64,000 bases of DNA from Deinococcus hopiensis KR-140 (GCA_943327755.2 CALPYF020000013.1:15998-79997); one strand, 5' to 3'; numbered from the stretch's first letter, positions 1 through 9,739 are shown. Program-made: numbers and translations. The notes: generated by a model not told the origin, from the sequence alone.

Positions 1-2307
1 TCCCTGCTGCTGTTGCCCATCGCCATTGCCTTCCTGGTGCTGGGCCGATTCCAGCCCGCCGGGTACGTTGGTGCTTCGTACCTCGCGGCCATGTTGACAG
101 CCGCGCTCATGCCGGTTGGGGTGGCGAGCGTCACCACGGTGGGCCTGAGCATCCCTGCGGCTCGCCTGACGCCGACGGTGACCAAGATGAACGCTGAAGT
201 GGCCACGAACCTCCAGCGGTACCAGCGGAGTATCGATCAGGGGTGCAGCTTCACGGAGATCGGGTGCCAGCTCAACGAGCAGGTCATGCTCCCGATTCAG
301 TCCGACCTGAGCAGCCTGAAAGAACTGTTCGGGCAGATGATCCTGATGGTGGCCGCCTTGATCGTCGGGCTGTCGATTGCCGCGTCCGCACTCCGCAGAT
401 TGCCCAGTGGCATTGCTGGTCTGATCGGGATCTCTGGCGGTGGTGAGTCCTCTGGCGTGGAAACTGGAGCGCTCACGAAAGTCCTGGGCGGCGCCGCGAA
501 GCTGGCAGGCGCTGAAATGCTCATGAAAGCCGTGCAGGCCAAAGCTGTGGGCGGCATGCTCGGCAAACGAGGGAGCGGGACCTCCACTGGAGGGAGCACC
601 GCTGGCGGGGAGAGTGCCGCACCAGGTGTGCCCAGTGGATCGGTCAGTGCATCCGGCAGTGTCCCTCCTGAAACCGTCACGGAAGGCGCTCAGGGCGCGG
701 CGGCCACCAATCCCAATGTTCCGCCCGAAGCAGTCACGGCACCCAGCATGAGCACGCCGATTGGCGCGGGGTACGCAGCCTTCCGGAGTGCCCGCGAGAA
801 TGGTCAGGGACGCGCGGGCGCTGCGGTCGCGGGCGGGCGTGGCGTCGCTACGGCCGTGGGTACCCAGGCCCAGGAATCCTTCAGCACGGGCGCTAAGGCA
901 GTGCGTGCGTCCGCCGGTCAGAGCCTCCAGGCAGCTCGGGCGCAGGTTGCCGCGTCCGCCTGGGGTGGAACGGCCAACGCGCAGAAGGCTGGCCAGGCCT
1001 GGGAAGCCGGTGTCGCTGGACCCGCGCGGGCCGTGCGGAATGACATCCGCGCCATCCGCCAGGATGTTGAGACGAGGCGCGGCCCAGACAGCACCAATCA
1101 GTTCGGGCCGCGCGACGCGGACGCCGCAGAGCTGCACCCGCGGGTGACCGTTGCGGAGGCTGAGGCGACCGCGACGGCGGACCGGGCGGCAGCCATCCGG
1201 GGCGCGACTGCGTACGCCGATGACGTCCGCCCCCCGAGCGGCCGGGCCATCAGTGCCATGCGAGCCCAGGGCGGTAGTGAAGGTTCTGCCCGTCCGGGAC
1301 CCGCCATCGTGACCCCACGGCAGGCAACGCAAGACGGCCAGTCGCTCCGGGGAGAAGGAACGAACCTGCCGGCGTACTCCGGAACGCCGAACCAGGCGCC
1401 CCCACCCGCTCCGAATCCGCTGGATGTGGAAGCAGAACGGAACCGGCAACGGGCGGAGCAGGGTCCGAGACCCGCAGTGGTCCTGGGGGGCGTGCCGAGA
1501 CGGGCCATGTCCGCGGCGTCCAGTGGCGGGCGTGCGATTCCGGGGGTGGACGTGAGTCCGCTGGGCCCGAGCCCCGCCCCTGCGCCCGCACCGGCCCCTG
1601 CGCCCACGCCCGCACGTGCGCCGTCCCGGAATGAGATCTCCCAGGCACGACTGGCCAATCGTGAATCGGCAGCGGCGAGCACGCCCGCGGCAGCGCCGCC
1701 CGCTTCACCTGCTCCGGCGCCATCGGCTCCGTCAGCGCCCACCTCGACTCCGGAAGCCCCGCCTGCCCCGAGGCCGACCACTGCACCGGCGAGTGAGACG
1801 CCGTCTGCTGCTGCGCCCGCCCCAACGCCAGCACCGGCCCCGACTGCTCCAGCGACCCCGACACCGACTCCTACACCTCGTCCCACTCCCCCTGCACCCG
1901 CACCGACGCCTGCCGCGACCCCCTCGGCTCCGGCTGCGCCGACTGCACCGACACCAGTGTCTCCCGCCCCCGCACCGCGTCCAGCTCCTGCCCCGGCCCC
2001 ATCGACGCCTGCAGAGACGCCTACGGCGCCGACTGCACCGACACCAGCGTCTCCTGCTCCTGCACCCCGGCCAACTCCGGCACCGGCACCTCGTCCTACT
2101 CCTGCACCGGCACCGACGCCTGCACCTGCACCCCAGGCTGCTCCAGTCACGCCGAACCTGCAGTCAGCTGCAGCGACACCGGCAAGCACGCCCACGCCTT
2201 CATCTCCTCCAGCCCCCGCTGGAACCCCCGCCCCGGCACCCAAGGTCACCCCCGCCAGCGCCGGACAGACGAATCCGTCCTCGACGTCAGACCAGAAAGA
2301 GGATTGA
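1..2307 (+). CDS. TrbL/VirB6-like conjugal transfer membrane protein with a long Pro/Ala-rich C-terminal tail (5' end lies outside the window)
   Basis: Frame is open from base 1. Several hydrophobic segments (IAIAFLVLG, MILMVAALIVGLSIAASAL) are followed by a Gly/Ala-rich linker and about 250 aa of PAPTP repeats. Lies directly upstream of a VirD4-like gene. Confidence 0.6.
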   Translation, partial: SLLLLPIAIAFLVLGRFQPAGYVGASYLAAMLTAALMPVGVASVTTVGLSIPAARLTPTVTKMNAEVATNLQRYQRSIDQGCSFTEIGCQLNEQVMLPIQSDLSSLKELFGQMILMVAALIVGLSIAASALRRLPSGIAGLIGISGGGESSGVETGALTKVLGGAAKLAGAEMLMKAVQAKAVGGMLGKRGSGTSTGGSTAGGESAAPGVPSGSVSASGSVPPETVTEGAQGAAATNPNVPPEAVTAPSMSTPIGAGYAAFRSARENGQGRAGAAVAGGRGVATAVGTQAQESFSTGAKAVRASAGQSLQAARAQVAASAWGGTANAQKAGQAWEAGVAGPARAVRNDIRAIRQDVETRRGPDSTNQFGPRDADAAELHPRVTVAEAEATATADRAAAIRGATAYADDVRPPSGRAISAMRAQGGSEGSARPGPAIVTPRQATQDGQSLRGEGTNLPAYSGTPNQAPPPAPNPLDVEAERNRQRAEQGPRPAVVLGGVPRRAMSAASSGGRAIPGVDVSPLGPSPAPAPAPAPAPTPARAPSRNEISQARLANRESAAASTPAAAPPASPAPAPSAPSAPTSTPEAPPAPRPTTAPASETPSAAAPAPTPAPAPTAPATPTPTPTPRPTPPAPAPTPAATPSAPAAPTAPTPVSPAPAPRPAPAPAPSTPAETPTAPTAPTPASPAPAPRPTPAPAPRPTPAPAPTPAPAPQAAPVTPNLQSAAATPASTPTPSSPPAPAGTPAPAPKVTPASAGQTNPSSTSDQKED

Positions 2308-2309
2308 CC

Positions 2310-2474
2310 ATGACACACGCCCATCAAACGGCGTGGAGAGTTCGGGGAGGCGCCGTTCGTGTCTCCCCGCTCTACACCCCCACGTCACCCGCACAGCCCC
2401 GCAGCACCCACCCCACTCCTCCCGTCAGCGTGACGGTACCGGCCATCTGGCGGCGTCTCTGGAGCGCGCCGTGA
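2310..2474 (+). CDS. small hypothetical protein, 54 aa (MTHAHQTAWRVRGG...WRRLWSAP)
   Basis: AGAAAGAGG purine tract before ATG 2310. Its TGA overlaps the GTG start of the coupling-protein gene (GTGA). Confidence 0.4.
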   Translation: MTHAHQTAWRVRGGAVRVSPLYTPTSPAQPRSTHPTPPVSVTVPAIWRRLWSAP

Positions 2475-5146
2475 CGCCCTCTCAACCGGAGCGGCCGCAG
2501 GCGAACCCGCCGAGTCCCGTCGCCATTGCGGCCATGAGCAGCACCATGCTCAGCGCGTCCATCCTGCTGATGCAAGCCCTGGACGTCGGTCAGCGGTCGG
2601 CTGCCCTGATCTACAAACACACCGGACTCGCGCAGGCCCGGCAGTTGAAGGAGGACGCCATGGCCGCCCTCCTGATCTCCTGCGGGTCGGACGCGAAGTG
2701 TGGCCCCTGGCTCAGCGCGCAGTTCTCCGCGGGCATGGCCGGGTACTGGCTGGCCCTCCTGCTGCCCGTCATCGCCATTCCCCTCACGATGAAATTCTTC
2801 CCCAGTCGCAAGGCGGTCCCGCAGAAGGATCCAGGGCTTGCCCGTTGGGAAAACAAGGCGGCACTGAAGCGGTACATGTACGTCAGTGACTCCACGAACG
2901 ACCCGTTCATCGGCTTCCTCGGGTACCTCAAGAGCGGCGAGGTGGGCGGCACGTTCGATTCCAAGGACCTGCCACCCATGTACATCCCGCTGGAGGACTG
3001 GTGCCAGAACACCCTGGTGTGGGGCGGCATCCGGAGCGGCAAGACGACGTCGTTCTTCCAGCCGAACATCTTCCTGGGCGCCCACCTGGGCATCACGTGC
3101 GTGGTGTTCGACGTGAAGTGGCCGCAGAAGGACAGCGGGTTCTACGAGACGATCGGGTACTGGCATGCGCGGAAGCGGCGCACGGTCCTCCTCGCCCCGT
3201 ACGAGCCGTATGGGGCGCGCGTCAACCTGATCGCGGGCGTCTTCTCCTTCTCGGACGCACTGGAGGTGGCGGACGCCGTGTTCCCACCACCAGAGTTCAT
3301 GGAGGAACGCGGGAAGCACTACAACGACAAGAAGCGCTTCATGATCGCCGCGTTGATGTGGCTCCTCCGCACGGAGATGGGTGACCAGGCCCACATGGGG
3401 CACGTCCTGGAACACGCCATGCTGCCCGACGACCGACTGATGGAATGGGTCGAGACGGCCAGGGACGAGCAGGCGAAAGCGATCCTCACCGGGTACCGGG
3501 ACGCGGGCGAGAGCAACTTCGCAGAGACGAAGAACGGCATCATCAGTGCCCTCAAAGTGTTCTTCAATCAGGATGTGGTCCGGGCAACGAGTGGCCTTCC
3601 GACCGAGACCACACAACTGGAGGAGTGCTTCCGCCAGCCCTCCCTGGTGATGGTCGGCATCAACCAGAAGAACATGATGGACGGCTCAGGCGAGGTGCTG
3701 TTCCGACTCTACAAACGCCTGCTGGATGCAGCGGCGATGCGCGTGGCGGCGGAGCAGGGCGGCCGTCTCCGGGTACACCTGGCGTACATGATGGACGAGC
3801 TGCCCAGCATCGGGAAGATCAACTACATGATGCGGTCCCTGGGAACGCTGCGCTCGTACAACATCTCCCACCACCTTGGAATTCAGAACGACGCGCAGGG
3901 CCAACTGGTGTACGGGGAGGCGTACTGGAAGGCCATCACGACGAACGTGGTGGCCCGCGTGATCGTGTTCCCGCGCGGCATCAATGGGGATGACGCGAAG
4001 AAGATCCGGGACCTGATCGGCAAGACGACCGCCACGGAAGTCGGGGTGACGGGTAGCCGCTCCATCCGCGTTCTGGAGCACGAGGGCAGCAATGCCGTGT
4101 CCGCCAAGCTCGTCGAGCGAGACCTGCTCTCCTACGAGGAGTTCTCTCAATTCACGCTGGGTGAAGCGGTGGTGCGCGTGAACGGTCACCAGCCGATCAG
4201 GACGCAGCTCGCGCCGATGACCATGGCGACCGTGGAGGGAAGTGGCATCAAGCCAGGGTCGAAGCCCAACCTGTTGCACGGGTTCTACCAGGAGACCATC
4301 ACGCGTTGCCCGGGCGGCCTGGTGGCGTACACAGCCCGGATCATTCAGGACGGCGCACTCGCAGGCGCCACCAGTGCAGTGCCCCAGGGAGGCACGCAGA
4401 ATGCGCCGTCACGCCCCGTGCCCGCATCGGTGGCACCACAACCCGTCCCCGCGCAGGGCGCGACGGGGAGTGCAGCCAATCTGTCAGTCGCTGAAGTAGT
4501 GCAGTGGCTCCGGGCGTGCATGGCTGAACTCATCGAGATCGAGCTACAACTGCCGGAGCGGGTGGTCACGGTGCGTGTGGACGGTGAGGCAGACCCTGTC
4601 AATGGCACGAATGCTGTGACGCGATTGGTGATCGGTGGACTCCTCGAACGGACCCGGACGGCCTCTCACGCCCGCCTGACCAAGAAGGCCCACGCCGCAC
4701 TTCCGGCTGATCTGCAAGCCGATCTGGCGGACTATCCGGATGCCTACGCGGTCTACCGGTGGCTGCGGGATAACGCCCTGAGCATCAGCGGTACGCCCGA
4801 ACGTGCGGCGTATGAGGCCCAGTGCGCGAGCACCGAACCCCCCACTACGCCGACCGAGCCTGCCGCTCAGGTGATCGACGGGACCCTGCTCTGCACTATG
4901 ACCCGCACGCGGGAGATCTTCAGGGGTGAGGGCGTCCTCCGGTTCCCCCAGAAGCGGATCGGCAGTCGGGACCACAACCAGATCCCCGTGCAATCACTCG
5001 CTGCGACGGCGGCCGCCGTCCGTCAGGCGCGGGCCGCAGAAGCTGAACCGACTGGGGAGGGCAGGCTGTCCCGGAAGGAGCAGAAGCGGCAATCGAAGGT
5101 GGACCTCGTGAACAGTGTCGTGGGGGGGCCACCCAGCTCGCCCTGA
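2471..5146 (+). CDS. virD4: type IV secretion coupling protein, VirD4/TraG family (891 aa)
   Basis: N-terminal TM segments, Walker A GGIRSGKT, Walker B YMMDELPSIG, and the RSYNISHHLGIQNDAQ motif typical of T4CPs. Start placed at GTG 2471; the upstream part of ORF 1616-5146 is an off-frame reading of the Pro-rich gene. Confidence 0.85.
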   Translation: MTPSQPERPQANPPSPVAIAAMSSTMLSASILLMQALDVGQRSAALIYKHTGLAQARQLKEDAMAALLISCGSDAKCGPWLSAQFSAGMAGYWLALLLPVIAIPLTMKFFPSRKAVPQKDPGLARWENKAALKRYMYVSDSTNDPFIGFLGYLKSGEVGGTFDSKDLPPMYIPLEDWCQNTLVWGGIRSGKTTSFFQPNIFLGAHLGITCVVFDVKWPQKDSGFYETIGYWHARKRRTVLLAPYEPYGARVNLIAGVFSFSDALEVADAVFPPPEFMEERGKHYNDKKRFMIAALMWLLRTEMGDQAHMGHVLEHAMLPDDRLMEWVETARDEQAKAILTGYRDAGESNFAETKNGIISALKVFFNQDVVRATSGLPTETTQLEECFRQPSLVMVGINQKNMMDGSGEVLFRLYKRLLDAAAMRVAAEQGGRLRVHLAYMMDELPSIGKINYMMRSLGTLRSYNISHHLGIQNDAQGQLVYGEAYWKAITTNVVARVIVFPRGINGDDAKKIRDLIGKTTATEVGVTGSRSIRVLEHEGSNAVSAKLVERDLLSYEEFSQFTLGEAVVRVNGHQPIRTQLAPMTMATVEGSGIKPGSKPNLLHGFYQETITRCPGGLVAYTARIIQDGALAGATSAVPQGGTQNAPSRPVPASVAPQPVPAQGATGSAANLSVAEVVQWLRACMAELIEIELQLPERVVTVRVDGEADPVNGTNAVTRLVIGGLLERTRTASHARLTKKAHAALPADLQADLADYPDAYAVYRWLRDNALSISGTPERAAYEAQCASTEPPTTPTEPAAQVIDGTLLCTMTRTREIFRGEGVLRFPQKRIGSRDHNQIPVQSLAATAAAVRQARAAEAEPTGEGRLSRKEQKRQSKVDLVNSVVGGPPSSP

Positions 5147-5185
5147 CGGTCAAGTCGTCACCCCGGCGCATGTCACGCTCGCGAC

Positions 5186-5692
5186 ATGCGCCGAATTCTC
5201 TGTCTCTTGCTGCTCTGCGCGTCCTCCGTGGAGGCGCAGAGCACTGCCGATGTGGCCAAGTCCATTCAGGGTGCCCGCCGGGAGGTGATCGCCGTTCTCC
5301 CCCGTGTCATGAACGAGGCCGTCGCTGCTGCACTGAAGGTGACGGCCGCCCGAGGCACCCGCGTGTTCCTCATTACTGAGCGGGCCACCGTGAAGCGCGG
5401 CGGGTACCTGCTGAACGTCTCGCATGGGCCCAGTGGCATCAACACATACCTCTACCCTGGGGCGATCTCCACACCCTGGATCCTCGTGGACGGGGCGTGG
5501 CTGGCTTCGGGTGCCGCACTGGATGCCGACCTCACGGCACCGGTGGCGATCACCAGGGATGCCGGCACGCTCTCCCGGTTGAACCTCTGGGCGACGCAGG
5601 TCACAGCGGCTGGTCCTACCCCGCGAGTGGATCTGCTGAAGCTCCGGTACGACAACGCCGGACGCCAGTCACCCCCACGTCCTGCACGGTGA
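5186..5692 (+). CDS. secreted PLD/Nuc-fold-like protein lacking the HKD motif (168 aa)
   Basis: Signal peptide MRRILCLLLLCASSVEA. The segment IQGARREVIAV...AAALKVTAARGTRVFLIT resembles PLD-like nucleases; the HxKxxxxD position reads STPWILVDG. Confidence 0.5.
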   Translation: MRRILCLLLLCASSVEAQSTADVAKSIQGARREVIAVLPRVMNEAVAAALKVTAARGTRVFLITERATVKRGGYLLNVSHGPSGINTYLYPGAISTPWILVDGAWLASGAALDADLTAPVAITRDAGTLSRLNLWATQVTAAGPTPRVDLLKLRYDNAGRQSPPRPAR

Positions 5693-5697
5693 GGGGT

Positions 5698-6093
5698 ATG
5701 GAACCAACCATCGACCGTCTGCTTCAACGGATCACGTACCGCTACGAACTCCTCCTCGGGGTCACGCTCATCGGCCTGCTGTTCTGGCCCATGTTCGCGG
5801 GCCTGCCAGGGTTCGTCGGCGCTTTCTCGGTCATGCTCGTGCTCCTGCATGCCCGCAATCTCAGTCAGTACAAACGGGGCACAGAGGACGAAACCATCAT
5901 GGACCGACTACTCAGCGCACTCCCCTTCCGCTACGAACTCCTCCTCCTGATCGCCACCGTGATCTGGGCCGTCTGGTGGTTCGCTGCTGGCATGACCGGC
6001 TGCATGCTGGGCCTCGGCATCGTGGCGCTCACCCTCACGGCCCGGTCCAGCTCACAGCTCAAACGGGGCACCGTCACGATCGGCGAGGCCTGA
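5698..6093 (+). CDS. membrane protein with an internal tandem duplication (131 aa)
   Basis: GAGGGG before the ATG. Two repeats: DRLL..I/L..RYELLL...AR..SQ.KRGT, each containing two hydrophobic helices. Confidence 0.7.
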   Translation: MEPTIDRLLQRITYRYELLLGVTLIGLLFWPMFAGLPGFVGAFSVMLVLLHARNLSQYKRGTEDETIMDRLLSALPFRYELLLLIATVIWAVWWFAAGMTGCMLGLGIVALTLTARSSSQLKRGTVTIGEA

Positions 6094-6095
6094 TC

Positions 6096-7118
6096 ATGCA
6101 CGCGGATATCCCAGGCATCGCCCGCGTGACGCGGCGGGTCACGCTGCCCCCACAACCGGTGTTCGACGTCAGCACGGCCAGTGAATTCGATCATCTGCTG
6201 CGCATGTTGCCCGGCCGGGTGCAGGTGCTCGTCGAGTCCCGCATTCGGGAGGTCGAGGAGATTCGCATGCAGGCGTTCGGGCCCGTGGAGGTTCTGTACC
6301 AGCACGCGCATGTCATCTACCCGATCGAACTGACCCTGGATGACATGAAGGTGCTGGACTCCGTGGGGCAGTGGCGCGCGGACGGACGCCTGGGACTGGA
6401 GGGCACCCTGCACCGCTTCGGTCGACTGGACACGATGGGGCACACGAGCCTCGTCACCGTCCGCGTGGCGAAGGCCTTCGTCGGCCTGGCTGAGCCGCTC
6501 CGGGAGTGGCTGTCGGTCGCGCAGGATGGCCTGGTGATCATGGGACTTCCCGGGAGTGGGAAGACGGCGCTGCTGCGAGATTGCATCCGGATTCTGGGCG
6601 AGCGGCTGGCCGGGCGACTGTTCGTGAACGACTCCTCGAACGAGATTCTGGGGGACGGCTTTCAGCCTCACCCGATCACGGACTGGGTGAGTCGCGTGCC
6701 GATCGGGGACCCGACCTTGCAGTTCGAGAAGCTCAATCAGACGGTGAAGAACTTCCAGCCGCGGTGGATGGTGGTGGACGAGGTCAGCAGCCCGGGGGAT
6801 GCCCGCGCGATTGCATACGCCCGGTCTCGGGGTGCGCGAGCAGTCATGACCTGGCACGCCGGTAGCCTCCGGAGTGCGTACCAGGAGAAGGACGAGCGGA
6901 CCCTCTGGCCGCTCATTCAACGCAACGAGGAGGGCGTCACAGGGCCGCCCGTCGCGTCCCTCGGCATCCTCGTGCGCGGCCGCGGGGAGTACGTCATCTT
7001 CGAGAACCTGGAGGAATGTTTTGACGAGGTAGCCCACGACCGGTTACCGCCCGGCGTGCAGGTGAGCGTGGCGCAGGGCAGTCGCTGGGGGCACCGCGAA
7101 CAGGCTTTGACTGGGTGA
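6096..7118 (+). CDS. SpoIIIAA/Ycf45-like P-loop ATPase (340 aa)
   Basis: GTLHRFG motif, VTVRVAKAFVG, Walker A GLPGSGKT, DSSNEILGDG, Walker B VVDE. This motif order matches SpoIIIAA-like ATPases. Confidence 0.7.
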   Translation: MHADIPGIARVTRRVTLPPQPVFDVSTASEFDHLLRMLPGRVQVLVESRIREVEEIRMQAFGPVEVLYQHAHVIYPIELTLDDMKVLDSVGQWRADGRLGLEGTLHRFGRLDTMGHTSLVTVRVAKAFVGLAEPLREWLSVAQDGLVIMGLPGSGKTALLRDCIRILGERLAGRLFVNDSSNEILGDGFQPHPITDWVSRVPIGDPTLQFEKLNQTVKNFQPRWMVVDEVSSPGDARAIAYARSRGARAVMTWHAGSLRSAYQEKDERTLWPLIQRNEEGVTGPPVASLGILVRGRGEYVIFENLEECFDEVAHDRLPPGVQVSVAQGSRWGHREQALTG

Positions 7119-7130
7119 CAGGAAGGGCAG

Positions 7131-7166
7131 GAAGAGGGGGGGAAGCACTGGCTTCCCCCCCTTCTC
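7131..7166. terminator. probable bidirectional terminator between convergent genes
   Basis: Inverted repeat AGGGGGGGAAGC-actg-GCTTCCCCCCCT followed by TCTCTTGT, between the stops at 7118 (+) and 7181 (-). Confidence 0.6.
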
Positions 7167-7180
7167 TTGTGTGGGGCGCA

Positions 7181-7783
7181 TCACGGACGGGTGACGGGAA
7201 TCACCTGCTCGCTGACCTGCACGCGGCCCTTCTGCGTCCTGATCCGCACACTGCCCACATCGTCTGTCCGGAGGAGCAACGTGACGGTCTGGTGGTACGT
7301 CCCGCAGGGGGTCATCAGTTCCACCGGCAGGAACACACCGCCCTTCCACGGCAGATCCAGCACGAGAACACTCAGGCCCGGCACGCGCTGGAAGTCCGGC
7401 GCCCGCAGCGTGAAGGCCCGGCCGGGAAGCTGTGCCCGGCCGAACCACCAGTGTTGGGTCGCGTGAGCCGGGAGGCCGTACAGACGTATGTGTCCGGCCG
7501 GTGCAGCATGCGCCGCGAGCTGTGCCTGAGCGACCTGGAGGTCCTGACTGAACTCTGCATCTGCGGTGAGTTGGAGATCGTCGAGACGCCGCTCGAGGTC
7601 AGTGGCGGTAGTCCAGCCGGGGCGGGCGTGAATGAAGGCGAGGCAGGCCTCACGCTCGTTCCGGGCGTCCATGGCGCGGGTAGTAGTTCGCCAGAATGAA
7701 GCACTCCAGAGTGGGAACGTGACGAAGATCAGCACGAGGGCCGGGCGTGTCCAGCGGCGGCAAGGACCGGCCTGTCCGGTCAC
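7181..7783 (-). CDS. hypothetical protein with an N-terminal membrane anchor (200 aa)
   Basis: Hydrophobic stretch ALVLIFVTFPLW. Start overlaps the stop of 7780-8268. Confidence 0.5.
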   Translation of the reverse strand: MTGQAGPCRRWTRPALVLIFVTFPLWSASFWRTTTRAMDARNEREACLAFIHARPGWTTATDLERRLDDLQLTADAEFSQDLQVAQAQLAAHAAPAGHIRLYGLPAHATQHWWFGRAQLPGRAFTLRAPDFQRVPGLSVLVLDLPWKGGVFLPVELMTPCGTYHQTVTLLLRTDDVGSVRIRTQKGRVQVSEQVIPVTRP

Positions 7784-8268
7784 TCGCGCGGCTCACGGCG
7801 AACAGCAGCGGGAACCGGGGTAGGTGTCGGTGCTGGAGCAGCTGGGAGCAAACTGACGACGTGATGAAGGAGGTCAAGCTGCTGCTTCATGACGGCCTCC
7901 TGCTTCTGGAGAAAGTCTGTCAGGCTAGCCTCAATGCGTGTGATCGGATCGTAAGGATCGGTAGGGGACGAAGGAACTGGCCGAGCAAGCAAAGTCCAGA
8001 GCAGAGGATTGCTGCAGGCCCGAATGGCTTCGACCTGATGCACACTGAGGCCAACACTGCGGAGAAGGTTGGCAAATTCAACGACTTGATCGAAGTCCGC
8101 ACGCTTGATTTGCAGCTGATTGCGTTCGGCCGTGTAGATGGGAATGCCCAGGTGCGCGGCGCAGGTATTCATCACATTCAGGGCACTCCGGCGGCCGAGC
8201 CCAAGGCGGTCGGCCAGTTCATTGACGGTGGCGTAATCAGGTTGACGGTCCAGTTCAAGATTTGTCAT
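7780..8268 (-). CDS. putative HTH DNA-binding protein with a C-terminal coiled coil (MerR/RacA-like layout, 162 aa)
   Basis: ATVNELADRLGLGRRSALN is HTH-like and is followed by an amphipathic segment ITRIEASLTDFLQKQEAVMKQQLDLL. TACGGT at -12..-7 of ATG 8268 suggests a leaderless start. Confidence 0.6.
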   Translation of the reverse strand: MTNLELDRQPDYATVNELADRLGLGRRSALNVMNTCAAHLGIPIYTAERNQLQIKRADFDQVVEFANLLRSVGLSVHQVEAIRACSNPLLWTLLARPVPSSPTDPYDPITRIEASLTDFLQKQEAVMKQQLDLLHHVVSLLPAAPAPTPTPVPAAVRREPRE

Positions 8269-8703
8269 ATGACTACCGTAGATGTCCTGGGGGTGACGAC
8301 TCGCAGTTCGCGCGCACTGCTGGTATCGGTTTGGCAGAAGCCCGAGTTGATCTGCTGCATCCCATTGAGCCACGGGGAGTCAGCCCGGAGGGCAAGCAGG
8401 CCACTCATCGCTACAGTCTCAATTCCTGGGCGCGTCTAGGTCGCACTCAGTCCCGCATGCAGTACCAAGCATGCCTTCCTTGTTCGATGCGTATGCCCGC
8501 ATCAGCCCACCGCTCACAGCTGAGATGAACGGAGTCGTGCGGCACACGACGACCTCTGCATCATTCCGCTTCAGACGTCTCAGAGGGGGGCATTCGTACG
8601 ATGTATCGCGGGAGTCATCGGCGTACCAGGAAGATGTCTACCGCCCAGCTCAACCTGCTACCGCGACCGAATCAGTAGATGACGGGCATGATGTGGCGAT
8701 TTA

Positions 8704-8975
8704 GGTACCAGCTTTTCCAAGTGATCTCAGCATGTCTTGGCGGTCTTGGTTCGAACTCTTCCAGGAATTCTTATACCACTAGGCGGTTCTGGTTCCAGTT
8801 TTTCCAAGTTGATCTGATGTGACCTAATTTCAGCTTCAATTTGGCAACTTCGCGCAGCTTGGTCATGCTGGTTCCAGCTTTTCCAGATGGTTGTCCCCGA
8901 TATGGCGGTCTTGGTTCCAGCTTTTCTAAGTGAGCCAAATAAAACTTGGCGATTCTGGTTCCAGCTTTTCTAACT
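8704..8975. repeat. six ~25-bp direct repeats (GGCGGTYYTGGTTCCAGCTTTTCYAAGT-like) with 43-44 bp period, followed by a lower-GC tract to ~9250
   Basis: GGT(T/A)C(C/G)A(G/A) cores at 8704, 8748, 8791, 8870, 8913 and 8957 (spacings 44, 43, 79, 43, 44). Confidence 0.8.
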
Positions 8976-9411
8976 GGCGGTGCTGCTCGCGAAAAAGCTG
9001 ATGACCTGCCGTCCAAGCGCGTAATAATGCGGTGTTTTCCACATGATTGATGAGGCGTCTTCATGTGTGATGTGGGTTTCGTTTGGTCGAAAAAGGGCGT
9101 TACATAAGCGTCCCATCTGGGATGTTTTGGACCCCCCGGTCGAAGTGCCGTTTTTTCCCTGGTGGTGAGGGGGAAACCGTTACATCGGCATCATTTCAAA
9201 TTGGGGATTTTATTGTGATTGGTTTTGTGGTGTGGTTCGTTTTTTACAGCATCGCATCCGGCTTTTCTGAGCGTGTCGTGAGTCGCCGCCTTTTCCGGCT
9301 CTCAGCCCATGCCTCAGCACCTTTCTGATCATGCCGACCAGGCCCACCCGACGACGCTCGGACGGAGCCGGAGCACAGCGGTGGCCCGCTCACGCGGGCC
9401 CGGCCGGGCGC

Positions 9412-9702
9412 ATGTCGAAAGTTCTCGCCAGCACTCAACTGCCCGACGGCACCACCCTCTCGTTCGACGCGGGCTTCGATCCGCCTCTCAACATCCACTT
9501 CCTGGACGTGTACCGGGAGGGGGAAGAGGACCCGGTGTTCGAGTCCCTCTTCCACCACCCGGGCGGCCGCTTCTCGTACTCCATCGCGGACCTCACGGCG
9601 GACGTGACCCGCCTCGCCGGTCGCCCCCTACCGGAGCTGACGGCGGCCATCATCGCGCTCGGTCCGGTGCCGAATGAGGTCCGCGACCTCGGCCGCCTCT
9701 AA
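9412..9702 (+). CDS. hypothetical protein (96 aa), hairpin-led
   Basis: ATG 10 nt after a hairpin; high GC3 frame; the next hairpin starts right after the stop. Confidence 0.7.
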   Translation: MSKVLASTQLPDGTTLSFDAGFDPPLNIHFLDVYREGEEDPVFESLFHHPGGRFSYSIADLTADVTRLAGRPLPELTAAIIALGPVPNEVRDLGRL

Positions 9703-9739
9703 CAGTCCTGGCCCGCGCACCGCGGGCCACGCGGCTTGC

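Noticed and set aside
1616-2470. N-terminal 285 aa of ORF 1616-5146
   Set aside because: It is an Arg/Pro/Leu-rich off-frame reading of the Pro-Ala tail of the upstream gene. The real start is GTG 2471.
8704-8975. CRISPR array
   Set aside because: The period is only 43-44 bp with ~18-bp intervening sequence, the repeats are degenerate, and no cas genes are present.
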